Origin: Malacoraja senta | Taxonomy: Eukaryota | NCBI GenBank assembly: GCA_038087875.1 | Contig: CM075979.1 | Span: 14,446,001 to 14,510,000, forward strand | DNA length: 64,000 nt | Direction of reading: 5' to 3' | In this document: in pieces, positions 13,615 through 25,482 of the stretch | Layout: each line of letters starts with the position of its first letter | Numbering within the stretch: the stretch's first letter is position 1 | Position numbers and translations under genes: made by a program | Notes under the pieces: model-generated | The model's input: only the letters and a program-made list of their open reading frames with translations | What the model was told of the DNA's origin: nothing | Databases searched by the model: none

Positions 13615-13850
13615 TCTCTCCCACTCTCTCTCCCCTCTCTCCCTCCCTCCCACCTCACTCTCATCCCTCTCTCTCTCCCCCCTCTCTTCCACTCTCTCTC
13701 CTCTCAACCCCCCACTCTCTCTCCCCCTCTCTCTCCCCTCCCCCTCTCCCCTCTCTCTCTCCTCTCTCCCGCTCTCTGTCTCTCCTCTCACCCCCTCTCT
13801 CTCTCCCCACTGTCTCCCTGTCTCCTTCCCCTCTCTCTCTCTCCACCTCC
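13615..13850. repeat. CT-rich low-complexity tract
   Basis: Seen directly. Confidence 0.95.
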
Positions 13851-14239
13851 CTTTGAGAGTCGGTCCCCCTCGGCACATAGACTCTCACGGCAGCGGCGCA
13901 ACGCTTCCGACGCCTCCGACGGCTCGGGACTCTCGCACTGAGGCTGCTCCATGGCCGGAGCTGCAGCGAGCGACTCGCCAGCCCCACAAACACTCGCAGC
14001 CCGGCAAACACACGCGAGCCCCGACTCCCCGCATCTGTATCCGCCCGCTGCTTCCATCCCTCCCTCAGCCCCGGCTCTCCAACACCCGCGGACCATGCAG
14101 TTTATCTGAGTTTTGACATTTTCGTTGATCACAGAATTTCTCACCACAGAGCGTGAGAAATTTCTGATCAGCGTGAGGGCGTGAGAGTTTGCCTGAGGGC
14201 GTGATTCTCACGCTCAAAGCGTGAGAGTTGGCAGCCCTG
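13850..14239. mobile_element. Right end of a second copy of the CAGGG-TIR transposon
   Basis: Same subterminal block ttttcgttgatcacagaatttctcac...gtgattctcacgctcaa and TIR gttggcagccctg ending 14239. Confidence 0.75.
13869..13952 (-). pseudogene. TDP2: Second, truncated TDP2-like exon-1 copy
   Basis: MEQPQCESPEPSEASEALRRCRESLCAE, homologous to 13062-13199 with an indel difference. Confidence 0.65.
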
Positions 14240-14879
14240 TTTGTCACTTGGGATAATGATTTCTCCTTGCCTTGCCAATCGATTCTTCAATGGCACTTCA
14301 TTGTCATATGCTCCTAAGTTCAGTGAAATACTTTTTTTGCATACAGTTCAGTGACAATCCTACCGTACATTAGGCACAATTATATTAACCATAAGAGTGT
14401 AAGACAATAGACCACACTGAATCCGTACACATGTTTTAGGCGCCATCTTGTACCATTCAAGACAGATTTTAAAAAAAATGTTAGTCTTAACTGGGTTATA
14501 AAGGCCATTTGTCCTGGCGGTGGCACTGGGTCAGTGTTACAGGGGTTGGCATGGCCTGGTGATGTGTCAATGTCTTCCACTGCTATTCTGCTGCTGTGTG
14601 TCGCTGAAGGCTGCAACTTCTCCAAGTGCTTGGCCACCCGGAGCAGCGCATGATCTACTCGAGGCCCAGGCTGCTTCAGGGCCTCCAGCAGCCCACTTTG
14701 CCAACACGATCACTCCAATGCATCCTTGACAATGATCCGTGAATGCACCATCCCTCTCCTCCGATGGCCATTGATCAACAATCTCTGTGCCTGAGATGAT
14801 AGCATACACAGTGCCATCTCCATCGGATCCCTGCCTGAGGTGAAGAACTTAATTTCTCTGATCTCTCCCATGCTATCGC

Positions 14880-15035
14880 ACCTTTTAAGAAACAGTTAGA
14901 CAGGTATATGGATAGGACAAGTTTAGAGGGATTTGGGCCAAATACAGGCTGGTGAGAATGGTGTAGATGGGACATATTAGCTAGTGTGGGCAAGTTGGGC
15001 CACTCGACCTGTTTCCATGCTGTATCACTCTATGA
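14880..15035 (+). mobile_element. CR1 3' end
   Basis: ttttaagaaacagttagacagg...cctgtttccatgctgtatcactctatg. Confidence 0.7.
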
Positions 15036-15129
15036 CCAAAGTCCCTCATCAATGGAATAATTTGGGTAAATGTCTTCTGCACCCTATTTAAAGCTTTTTC
15101 ATCTTTCCTTCAGTGTGGTGGCCAGGGAA

Positions 15130-15454
15130 GGCATGGTGGCGCAGTGGTTGAGTTGCTGCATTACAGCGCCAGAGACCCGGGTTCAATCCTGACAATGGGT
15201 GATGCCTGTATGTAGTTTGTTTGTTCTCCCAGTGACCGAGTGGATTATCCCCAGGTGCTCCGGTTTCCTCCAACATTCCAAAGACGTACAGGTTTGTAGG
15301 TTAATTGACTTCGGTGAAATTGTAAATTGTCCCTAGTGTGTAGGATAGTGTGTGCAGGATAGTGATAGTGTATGGAGATCGCTGGTCGGCGCGTGCTCAG
15401 CGAGCCGAAGGGCCTGTTTCCGCATTATATCTCTAAACTAAACTAAAAACTAAA
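15130..15454 (+). mobile_element. HE1-like V-SINE, near full length
   Basis: A-box tggcgcagtggttg, B-box ggttcaatcc, V-domain, tail. Confidence 0.9.
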
Positions 15455-17242
15455 CATGAACTCAATACTCGAGTTGTCATCAAACACATTTTTGTATTAA
15501 ATGCTCAAGACTTCCCTACCACTCTGCTTCTATCTATAATTCCAACCTCCAGTGGTCCTTTCCAACAGCTTTCTCAATCTTCACCGAACAATGGTCATAT
15601 GCTTCCAGATCGCTCCCACCTGTACTCTTTTAAGAATTATATCTTTCAGCTATTGTTGCTTCTTCTCATTCTTCCAACCAAAATGCCTCACTTTGCATTT
15701 CTCAGCATTGAAGTCCATATGCCATCTATCCACCTACCCCACCATAGCCTATTCATATCTCGTCTAGGCTAGTCAGCGGCCCTCTTATTGGTCACTATCG
15801 CATCAAGTTTTGTATATTTTGGAACTTTGGAAACTGCTCTGTACTTCTTAAGCCCAAGTCTTGAATTACACGATGAAAAGCAGTGCTCCAGGTAGATATG
15901 ATTTTCGTTAGGTTCTCTCCTCGCTTTTCAAAATAAATAATTTATAAATCATTGGAGACTATTTATCATTTTAATATGAATTAATTATATTAATTTAAAT
16001 AATAACATTCGGAACATGTTCTATTCTAACTTGCAACCTGTAACATAGAGGGGGAAAGTAAATCTAAAGTAAGCACTAAAGATATTGAGTATTGGGAAGA
16101 ACATCATTATGGAGTTACGTTTCCATGTAACGGTTCACAATGGGTATACAACAAACTGCAGATGCAGGAATAAAAGTTTAAAAAAAAAACAAATGCTGGA
16201 GGAATTCAGCAGATTAAGCAATATTTGTGGAGAGAAATGTATAGATAATGTTTCCCCAGCATTTTGTCTTTTGCTTTAGGTTTGAGTTCATGCGTTGCGG
16301 TTGCTAATTCTCAACCACGATCTTGAAATATAATCAGAGATTAGGCATACGCAGGCAACAAAGGCAGTGCTTTATCATCAGTGCTGATAAAAGTCTCACT
16401 TTATTGGTATTTTGTTTACAATAGCAATAGAAGCAGAAATAATATGGTGAGAGGGGTAACAGTAGGTTGGGAAGCTAATTAGGCAGGTTGGGAAGGTTGA
16501 AACCTGGCAGAACACGTCGGTTTAAGTCTGGCAGCCAGCGAGAACAAGGTTGCAAATCAGTAATTGGATCGTAAAGTATCGAGAACTGGCAGCTTCTCCT
16601 ACTGCAACAGCTGATGTTTTTGATATGTATTCATCCCACAGCATTAGGTAAGTAAAGTTAGTGGTCCATGAAAGAGATTATTGAATATCATTGAATGTGT
16701 CACAGATGTTCCTTGTCCTCTCTTGTGTATTGTAATCATATTAAAACATGAAAGAGAAAGAAAACTGTTAGAATTTATCAGTAATGATAACATCAGTAAT
16801 GATAATACTGTTGGCAGCTATCATTGTCTTTTTTATTGTCTTATTCCTGCATTTCTCATCAGTGTGTTCTAATGATCTATTTACGGCTTATTTTCCTCCG
16901 ATCAATAGCTGAAGATTTCCCCACCCCCATTTTTAGTAATGCTCAAAGCCAATAAATTTGCATGCTACACACAGTTAACGGTAAAGGGCATGTCAGTGAA
17001 AATAAATTGTATTGCTCATCAAAGAAACACCATACCCACAAATTAAGTAAGGAATATTTTGTAGCATATTCCAGCTATGCAATGTACAACAAACAACAAA
17101 GCTCTAACTTTGGTTCAAAATGATCAAGTTCACAGTAGGCTATTGATCATTTACTGGCATGTGTCTTTGGTTAAAACCTGCCCACTAGTGCTTTGAACTA
17201 ACTGACAGGTTCTTGAAAATATCAGCTGATAATGTCGCAATT

Positions 17243-17410
17243 CAGACCTCTGGGGGAGAAAGGATGGGTGACTTTTCGGGTCAGGTCTGTAGAAGGGTCC
17301 CGACCCGAGAAATCGCCCATCCTTTTTCTCCAGAGATGCTGCCTGAGCCGCTGAGTTACTCCAGCACTTTCTGTCTTCGGTATAAACCAGCATCTGCAGT
17401 TCCTTCCTAT
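17243..17410. mobile_element. Fold-back PLE-derived element with hammerhead-like motifs
   Basis: Short inverted arm followed by the plus-strand terminal repeat ending ccagcatctgcagttccttcc. Confidence 0.75.
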
Positions 17411-18013
17411 ACATATACACAAGTCCGTTTGAGTTTAAAGAGTAAGCGTTGAGGCTGCAAAGTGCTACAAATGTTATGCTTTGGTCCTTAAATAGTGTGG
17501 TGTCACTCCAGTTACATCAGCATTTTATGTCTATCTTCATTATATACCAACATCTGCAGTTCCTTTCTAAACAATGAAAACCTGAAGGGATGAAATTCCA
17601 CGCAAATATTTAATTTTCAATCCAGTAATTAATATTTGTCATGTCACTTAAAAGGTTTTCACTGAAATGGGTAAGACAATTACTATTTCAATTCCTATTT
17701 GTAGAGCAATTCAATGAATTTCATTTGTATGTCAGGCAGCAAAATGTCTTTCCCAGTGATGCAATGTAGATTACTGTGAATCACATAATGTTAGTGTGTG
17801 TGTAGCTGTTTCTTTGCCTTGGTAGAAATAACTTTCCTAGAAAACTTCAGCTGTCATTTATCTTTGCTGCTTTGATTCATACAAGACAATTGTTGTCTTG
17901 AAATTTACTGGTATTGTGTAGTAAGCGGACTACAGAAACAAGGTAATGGTGATATTTTAGTGAGAACTGTCAAATCTAGCAGGCAGTTTTTTTTCTGCTT
18001 GGGGGAAAAATGA

Positions 18014-18248
18014 TTCATAGAGTCATATAGCGTGGAAACTGGCCTTTCGGCCCAACTTGCCCACACCGACCAGCATGTCCCATCTGCATTAGTCCCACCT
18101 GTCTGCGTTTGGCCCATATCCCTCTAAACCTGTCCTATTCATGTACCGGTTTAACTGTTTCTTAAATGTTGCAATAGTTCCTTCTCAACTACCTCCACTG
18201 GCAGCTCGTGCCATGCACCAACCACCCTTTGTGTAAAGAAAGTTACCC
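18014..18248 (-). mobile_element. CR1 3' end
   Basis: catagagtcatatagcgtggaaac... terminal sequence. Confidence 0.75.
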
Positions 18249-18428
18249 AATATAAGCATTCCAACATTAGTTTCAAGGTTTTGAATCACATTCTTTGCTT
18301 TGCATATCAAAATCACATTTTGTTGCACCTCCCACATTTGCCTTTTGATGGACATAAACACGCATTTGGTCATACAGTGGTTTAATGCTACAGTTACTAT
18401 GAGAAAGGTGCAAGTAACATGGGCAGAG

Positions 18429-18599
18429 NNNNNNNNNNNNNNNNNNNNNNNNNNNNNNNNNNNNNNNNNNNNNNNNNNNNNNNNNNNNNNNNNNNNNNNN
18501 NNNNNNNNNNNNNNNNNNNNNNNNNNNNNNNNNNNNNNNNNNNNNNNNNNNNNNNNNNNNNNNNNNNNNNNNNNNNNNNNNNNNNNNNNNNNNNNNNNN
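18429..18599. other. Assembly gap
   Basis: Run of N. Confidence 1.
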
Positions 18600-19367
18600 G
18601 TTAATCATAACTGACTAATGGACAAAGCTAAAAACAAAGAATAACTCAGTGGGTCAGACAGTATCTCTGGAGAAAAAGGAAGGATGACGTACGTTTTGGG
18701 TCAGGACCCTTCTTCGGACTCTTCAGTATGGACAAAGCTGTTGGGAGAAGGTTTGGATGCCAGCTTGTCACGTTGCAACTGGGACATGTTGGCCGGAGTG
18801 GGCAAGGTGGGCCGAAGGGACTGTTTCCACACTGTATCACTCTATGACTCTGTGACATAAGTAGAGGTTCTACATATCTACTTCTTGCAGGGCCAATATT
18901 TTATTGTTTACGTTGAAATGGCCACCATTTATGACCCATTCACAATTATCCTGAGATCTTTCAATGTTATTGTTAGATCTGCCAATGGGTGGCTGAATGT
19001 CAACCACCCTGATGCGAGTGTGGTGTCAAACTTAGGAATGTTTGGGTAAGGTTGACAGATCTCCTTCTGCAAAGGAGATTCTTAAACCAGATTTTTTATT
19101 CTTAATACAGTAGTTTAATAATTGCCATTAATGACAGTAGCTTTTAACTTCATATTTATTTACATTCTGCTGCTGCTATTATGGGATTCAACAATGACTC
19201 TATACTTTGTTTAAATGTATATTTGAAGAGCTATGACCTGCAAGACTATGGACCCAGTGCGATAATATGGGTTTAACCAGGTTTTTCAGTTAGTATTAGA
19301 GGCAATGGGCTGAATGGCCTTCTTCTGCACTGCAACCTTGCTCTGAATCCATATCAATATAATCCAG

Positions 19368-19462
19368 GATAGACACAAAAAAACTGGAGTAACTCAGCGG
19401 GACAGGCAGCATCTCTGGAGAGAAGGAATGGGTGTCGTTTCGGGTCGAAACCCTTCTTCAGA
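19368..19462 (-). mobile_element. PLE terminal-repeat fragment with hammerhead motif
   Basis: gtcgtttcgggtcgaaacccttcttcag on plus; tccagga repeated on both sides. Confidence 0.75.
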
Positions 19463-20301
19463 ACTCTGAACTCAGAGTCCAGGACTCTGGATGCTTGTCC
19501 ACAACTTAACCACATGTCGATCCATCTATTGTAGCCTCATTTGGCGTGTTGCTTGTGAAACATTTATTGAAACATTCTTTCTCTAGCCGATGCCTTCTGC
19601 TATCCCTTTGGTAGAAACATTTCCCGTTTCCTCACTTGCTTTAAGGGAAAAAGCTGGCACCAATTTAAATGGTGGAAATGAATGTAACGTGGAAATGAAG
19701 TGGATCATGAATAAATCTGCACATTGAATGCTAATACGTGCTGAACAAGACATTGACAGGTCTGCAAATATCACCTTCCAAGAACAATTTTAGAAGCCTG
19801 GATTAAAAGAAACATTCATTATCTGTCAGTGTTAAACACTGATTACTACTGCTTACACACTTGTACTAAATTTAATGATAAAAAACCTTTCCCGTGATTA
19901 AGTTGGGACAACTACGCTGGCTCTTGTCTGGTTTTGAAGTAAATTTACATTGGGGAAATAAGGCCTAAATCAATTTCAATATCAATGATGTACTGTCAAT
20001 GAGTTTTTTTTCAGCTGTTTGTACTGAAAATATAGAGGCCTGTTAAGTGGTTGGCTTGATGCCCACACTGTGTTAATGAGGGGCTTCTCACTTTGTTTTT
20101 GAAAATTACTTTTATTAATAAAAACAAAATCTCAGTTTGCTTTCGGGGAATGTTGGGGGTGTATCGTTTGAATACTGTGGTTCATTGGAAGGGATTAGAG
20201 CTCAAGATGGTGAGTGCCTGGAGCTGTGCAATATGAGGCATTGGAATTACTGCCAAATCACAGGAATTTGTTTATCTGATGCAAACATCTGTATTTTATC
20301 A

Positions 20302-20804
20302 CTGAAGATAGACACAGAATGTTGGAGTAACTCAGCGGGACAGGCAGCATCTCTGGAGAGAAGGAATGGGTGACGTTTCCGGTCGAGATCCTACTTCAGA
20401 CCCTACTTCATGTCGGGGAGAGGGGGAAACATAGATAAGGAGGTGTAAGTGTGAAAATAAGACAAAGGGAAAGGAGATCAAGGAAAATGTAGAATAGAAT
20501 TGTTCTCTGGGAGAAGTTAACAAAACAAACAGATAAAACGTAGTCAGAGACAGTAAGTATAAGAAGGAACTGCAGATGCTGGAAAATCGAAGGTAGACAA
20601 AAGTGCTGGAGAAACTCAGCGGGTGCGGCAGCATCTATGGAGCGAAGGAAATAGGCAACGTTTTGGGCCAAAACCCTTCTTCAGAGACAGTAAGACTGGT
20701 TGGAGAACTGGGAAGGGGGAGGGATAGAGAGAGGGGGAAAGCAAGGGCTACTTGAAGTTAGAGAAGTCAATGTTCATACCGTTGGGGTGTAAGCTGCCCA
20801 CACA
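20302..20804 (-). mobile_element. Penelope-like 3' end with a nested second hammerhead-bearing element (about 20558-20683)
   Basis: Outer TSD tgtattttatca (20290-20301, 20805-20816); inner TSD cagagacagtaag; aagtcaatgttcataccg PLE ORF-end motif. Confidence 0.8.
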
Positions 20805-20864
20805 TGTATTTTATCATTTATTTGTACCATCTGTGCTTTCAGCATACTGCTTTTGAAGCACTGA

Positions 20865-21535
20865 TGATAGCACTCTTGTCTCTAACTTAAAGAACTGGGG
20901 TTGAGTTTTACTCCTCAGACATAAGGGAAAGACACATGCCAGGGAAATGCAATGTTGTGACAAGGGTGCGTTATAGCGTCGGAGGTGCCATCTTTCGGGT
21001 AAGCAGAAGAAACCTCAGGTGAGGCCCAGTCCCCTCTCAGCTGGGCTAAGATAACATGGAAGTGGGCTCCACCTTTGCTTGATCATCGTTGCTGGCTTTG
21101 ATTTGTCCTTTTCATACCTTTCATTAATTTGTTCTTTGCACCTTTTCATATCTCTAGTTTCCCTCTCCCTGACTCAGTCTGAAGAAGGGTCCCGACTCTA
21201 AACATCACCTATTCCTTTTCCCCAGAGATGCTGCCTGAACTGCTGAGTTACTCCAGCATTTTGAGTCTATCTTCGATGTAAACCAGCATCTGCAGTTCCT
21301 TCCTACAGATGGAACTTTTCCAGCCTGGATAGCTAATGGCATTTAACTCCTCAATACCTTAACCAATGGCATTTAAACCATTTACCTCAATCCCCATTGT
21401 GGAAAGTTGCTACATGCAAATCAACTGTTGTGATTCCCATATTACAACTGTGACACGATTTTATAAGTAATTTGGTGGTTGTAAAATGTGTTGAGAAACA
21501 TTAACATCAGGAAAGACAGGCTTCAAATGCAAGTT
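20865..21535 (+). mobile_element. Degraded DeuSINE (SacSINE1-like), interrupted by a PLE terminal repeat at about 21061-21308
   Basis: tgtggaaagttgctacatgcaaatcaactg...ttacaactgtgac...ttgtaaaatgtgttgag resembles the recalled Deu-domain and tail. Confidence 0.55.
21061..21308 (+). mobile_element. PLE terminal repeat with hammerhead motif at 21179
   Basis: ccctgactcagtctgaagaagggtcccgactctaaacatc...gcagttccttcctac. Confidence 0.8.
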
Positions 21536-22312
21536 CTTGTATCCTTGCTGGTAGCTCAAAACTAAAATACTGAATTTTCAGTGATGTTCAACAGAGTGGT
21601 ATGCATTTGATGGGATTTTAGTGGAACAAGTTTCTTGCTTACCTCTGTACTGCAATACACCTGTAGAGGGAAAATAAAATAAATGTTGTTACTACAGGAA
21701 CTAGCCACAAACATTCATGACAGCATGTTGTATCAGGAAAAAAAGTGGTTTAATAATGCTGAACTCTTAAGAAGCACTGCACGCACTAGTAATTTGTTTA
21801 ATGTGTTGGATGTGTTACAACATTGATCTTCATTTGATATGGTATTTTGGTACAAGTTTTCAATTTGATTGTATTTTGCCATTGTCATTTCTCAATTGGA
21901 AATTGTTGAACAGAGGTCAATTAAGTAATGTATGTCCAATGTATTTAATTCTTCTGGAAGATGAATTACAAATTTTATTACAATTTATGCCTGGATTATC
22001 TTAACTGTTATTGAATCGGTATATTACAAATAATACAAATAGAAAATACTGGAAATACTCAGCAGGTCAGGCAGCATCTGCAGAAAGAGAAACAGAGTCA
22101 ATGTTTAATTACAAGACCCTTCATCGGAATTGTATCAAAACTTCCTTCTGATAAAGGGTCTTTCACTCAAAATGTTTAACCTTGCTTCTCTTTCCACAGA
22201 TTCTCTTTGTCCTGCTAAGTGTTCCGACATTTTCTGTTTTTATTTCAGATTTCCAGAATTCTGTTTGTCTTTGGCGCTAGACAATACCCTAGTTGCTAAA
22301 AATTGTTGTAAT

Positions 22313-22745
22313 AGAACGATGCCCGGAATAGAGGGTAAGTATTAGCAATAAGGAGAGGTTGGACAAACTTGCATTGTTTTCTCTAGAACATTGAAGGTTG
22401 AGGGGAGACGTAATAGAAGTATATAAAATTATCAGTCATAGGCAGGTTAGAGAGCGAAAAACTTTTTCTCAGGGTGGCAATGTCAAGGATTAGAGGGCAT
22501 AACCTTAAGATGAGAAGGGCAAAGTTGAAAAGAGTCGAGAGTGTTTAATTGCTATATGTACCAAAACGGTACAATGAAATGTTTGCTTATCGTAAGGAGA
22601 TATGCAGGGTAAGTTATTTTACAGAATGGTGCATGCCTAGAATACGCTGCCAGGGATGATAGTGGAGGCGGATAAGACAGAAGGCGGATTTAAGAGGTTT
22701 TAAGAGAAACACATGGATATACAGGGAATGGAGGGATATGGGCAT
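22313..22745 (+). mobile_element. CR1 3' fragment
   Basis: aggttgaggggagacgtaatagaagtatataaaatt (RLRGD.IEVYKI). Confidence 0.7.
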
Positions 22746-23372
22746 GTGGTTAAGTTATGAACAAGTATCTAGAGTCCTGGACTATATTGATCTGGATTCA
22801 GAGCAAAGTTGCAATGCAGAAGAAGGCCATTCAGCCCATTGTCTCTATGCTAGCAGAAAAACCTGGTTAAACTCATATGTTCACACTGGGTCCATAGTCC
22901 TGCAGGTCATGTGTATACAAACAACATTAGTTTAATAGCATCATGTTCAGCACAGACATTGTGGTCCAAAGGCCCCATTTCCTATGTTCCATGAAGATAT
23001 ATGGCTGCCAGTTGTGCAGGATACTCTTAAGCGACTGGACAAAAATACACAAAGCATGTGGTGGAAAGCTTACACACTACTGCAATGGAACATTAATGTG
23101 CTTTGAGAATGACCCCACCTGCTGAGAAACTTTTATCTAGCTCGTTCTTAGCAGAGTTCCTGGAATAATTTTATTGGACATGGAGTACAAAAGTGAAGGA
23201 AATCAATGAGCCGAGGATTGGCAGGGGATCAGGAACAGAGCCATTGACTGGATATCTAAAATAACATAAAGCAAAGTGGAGGAGAAACGAACAGAAGAGA
23301 TCTGTCAAAAAAAAAGTCTGACAATAGAGAAGAAGAGAGAATAGCATTTGAAGAAATAGAAGAGACCAAATA

Positions 23373-23470
23373 CTGAAGAAGGATCTCGACTCGAAACGTC
23401 ACCCATTCCTTCTCTCCAGAGATGCTGCCTGTCCCGCTGAGTTACTCCAGCTTTTTGTATCTATCTTCAG
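23373..23470 (+). mobile_element. PLE terminal-repeat fragment with intact hammerhead core
   Basis: ctgaagaaggatctcgactcgaaacgtc. Confidence 0.8.
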
Positions 23471-23994
23471 ATAAACAACAAAGTAGACATATCATTGGGC
23501 TTATACTCTGCGATTTTCCCTTACTGATTTCAAAGCAAATATATGCTCACCTTGAAGTACATGATTTGCTCATGTAGTTGTTCATATATCCATTTTATGC
23601 ATCATTTGCATCAACCCAGTTCAAACATGTTGAGCAAGAATCATGCTGGAAAATGACAGAAGAGTCCTGTTGGACGTGTCAGATTTTCAGCTGGAGGCAT
23701 TGAGGAGTGAGATCCCTGTTAATTTTACTGGAGAGGAATCATGCAGAGAATTAAGTGATAGTCTGCAGGTGCTAACTGAGTTTAGTTCTCCATTTCCCAG
23801 TCTGATATGTTTATTAGTTCCAATTGTGGTTTATGATTTTTGGATTGAATGCAGGAAACCCTGCTGTCGCACATTGAGTTTCAGTCTACCTCTCAGAAAT
23901 ATGTGTGTCACATTGCAGAACTTTTGATTCTTTATTATAGCACCCATTGTTATCAGTTGAATGTTGGCTAACATCAATTAAAAAAATGCTTCTT

Positions 23995-24377
23995 TAATAA
24001 TAATAATGGATTTTATTTACGGGCGCCTTATACCGAGGTCTCAAGGACACCATACAGAGATTTATAGAAAACATATAATCAGAATTTAAAAAAAAATAGG
24101 TTATAAAGACCAATACATAAATCAGGGACAGAATTCCTTCCAAAAACACAAAAAAAAGAAAATCAGAAGCACAATTTGAGGAGAGAGCAGCGGCAATTTA
24201 ACGCCAGCGTCCACTCTCCCCTCCGACCGCCATCTTGAACACAGACTAACAAATACAATTACAAACAATTACATACAAAAATCACCCCCCCACAATGATT
24301 TCCACTGTGGGGGAAGGCACAATGTCCAGTCCCCAGCCCCAGTTCACCCAAAAAAGTCAGGCCAAATGAAGCCCCCG
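23995..24377 (-). mobile_element. Truncated copy of the 2864-3460 family
   Basis: Direct homology, including ccgccatcttg and actgtgggggaaggcacaatgtccagtc. Confidence 0.75.
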
Positions 24378-24640
24378 CTTTAGTAGCACTACCTGTATTA
24401 TTTGCCTCATTATGCAGCAATAGAAAAACAATATGGATACTAGTCCTATGCAGAATTAATGATTAAGTATATGGATGGGGTAATATTTTTCAATTGTAAT
24501 GTGCAACTCTTCTTGATTAATCTGTTGCCAAAACATGCTTATGATACAGCTTATGGGTGCATTATAAGACATTGTTTCTTGACCCAGTATCTTACAGTAT
24601 ATTGATTTACTATATTTGGGTCCCTGTAAACTCAAGTCTT

Positions 24641-24963
24641 GGGTGGCACAGTGGTGCAACGGTAGAGCACTGCCTTGCAGCTCCAGAGACCTGGGTTTGA
24701 TTCTGACTACGGGTGCTGTCTGTACGGTATTTGTATATTCTCCCTGTGGGCTTTCTCCAGGTGGGCTTTCTCCAGGTGCTCCTGTTTCCTCCCACATCTC
24801 AAAGACGTACACGTTTGTAGATTAATTGGTTTCAGTAAGTGGTCAAATTGTCCCTAGTGTGTGCAAGATAGTGTTAGTGTATGGGGTGATCACCGGTCAG
24901 CATGGACTCGATCGGCCATAAGGCCTGTTTCTGCGCTGTCCCTCTAAAGTGTAAAGTCTAAAG
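24641..24963 (+). mobile_element. HE1-like V-SINE
   Basis: Head, V-domain and tail. Confidence 0.88.
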
Positions 24964-25134
24964 TCAAATCACATGCAAAATAATTGATAATTATTGGAGT
25001 GCCAATGGAACAAAAACATTGACACACCTTTTTTCCCCATTTTCCTGTGGTCATGACATTATATGAACTGACACCAACAATGCCAAATTTCTTCAAATCG
25101 GTGTCTGAATCTTCATAATTAGCTGGTTTATTAT

Positions 25135-25443
25135 TTAGTTTAGTTTTGCGATACAGCGTGGAAACAGGCCCGTTGGCCCACCAGGTCCGTACTGAGCAGC
25201 GACCCCCGCATATAACACTATCCGACACATACTAAGGACAATTTTTACGTTTACCAAACCAATTTTACCTACATATCTGTACGTCTTTGGAATGTGGGAG
25301 GAAACTGAAGATCTCGGAGAAAACCCATGTGGTCACAGTTAGAATGTACAAATTCCGTACGGACAGCAACCGTAGTCGGGATTGAACCCGGGTCTCCGGC
25401 GCTGCAAGGCAGCAACTTTACCGCTGCGCCACCGTGCCGCCCT
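25135..25443 (-). mobile_element. HE1-like V-SINE
   Basis: Reverse-complement head gggcggcacggtggcgcagcgg, V-domain, tail. Confidence 0.9.
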
Positions 25444-25482
25444 AATCTATCTAGTTTGTTGTAAATGTCAACTCCTGGACCT

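Noticed and set aside
13241-14147. Long ORFs of up to 269 aa
   Set aside because: They run through an N-gap and a CT-rich tract; only the TDP2-like segments are meaningful.
11873-14247. A single element from 11881 to 14239 with an 8-bp TSD
   Set aside because: The flanks catttatg and tttgtcac do not match, and another right TIR plus a gap lie in between, so the pairing of ends is unresolved.
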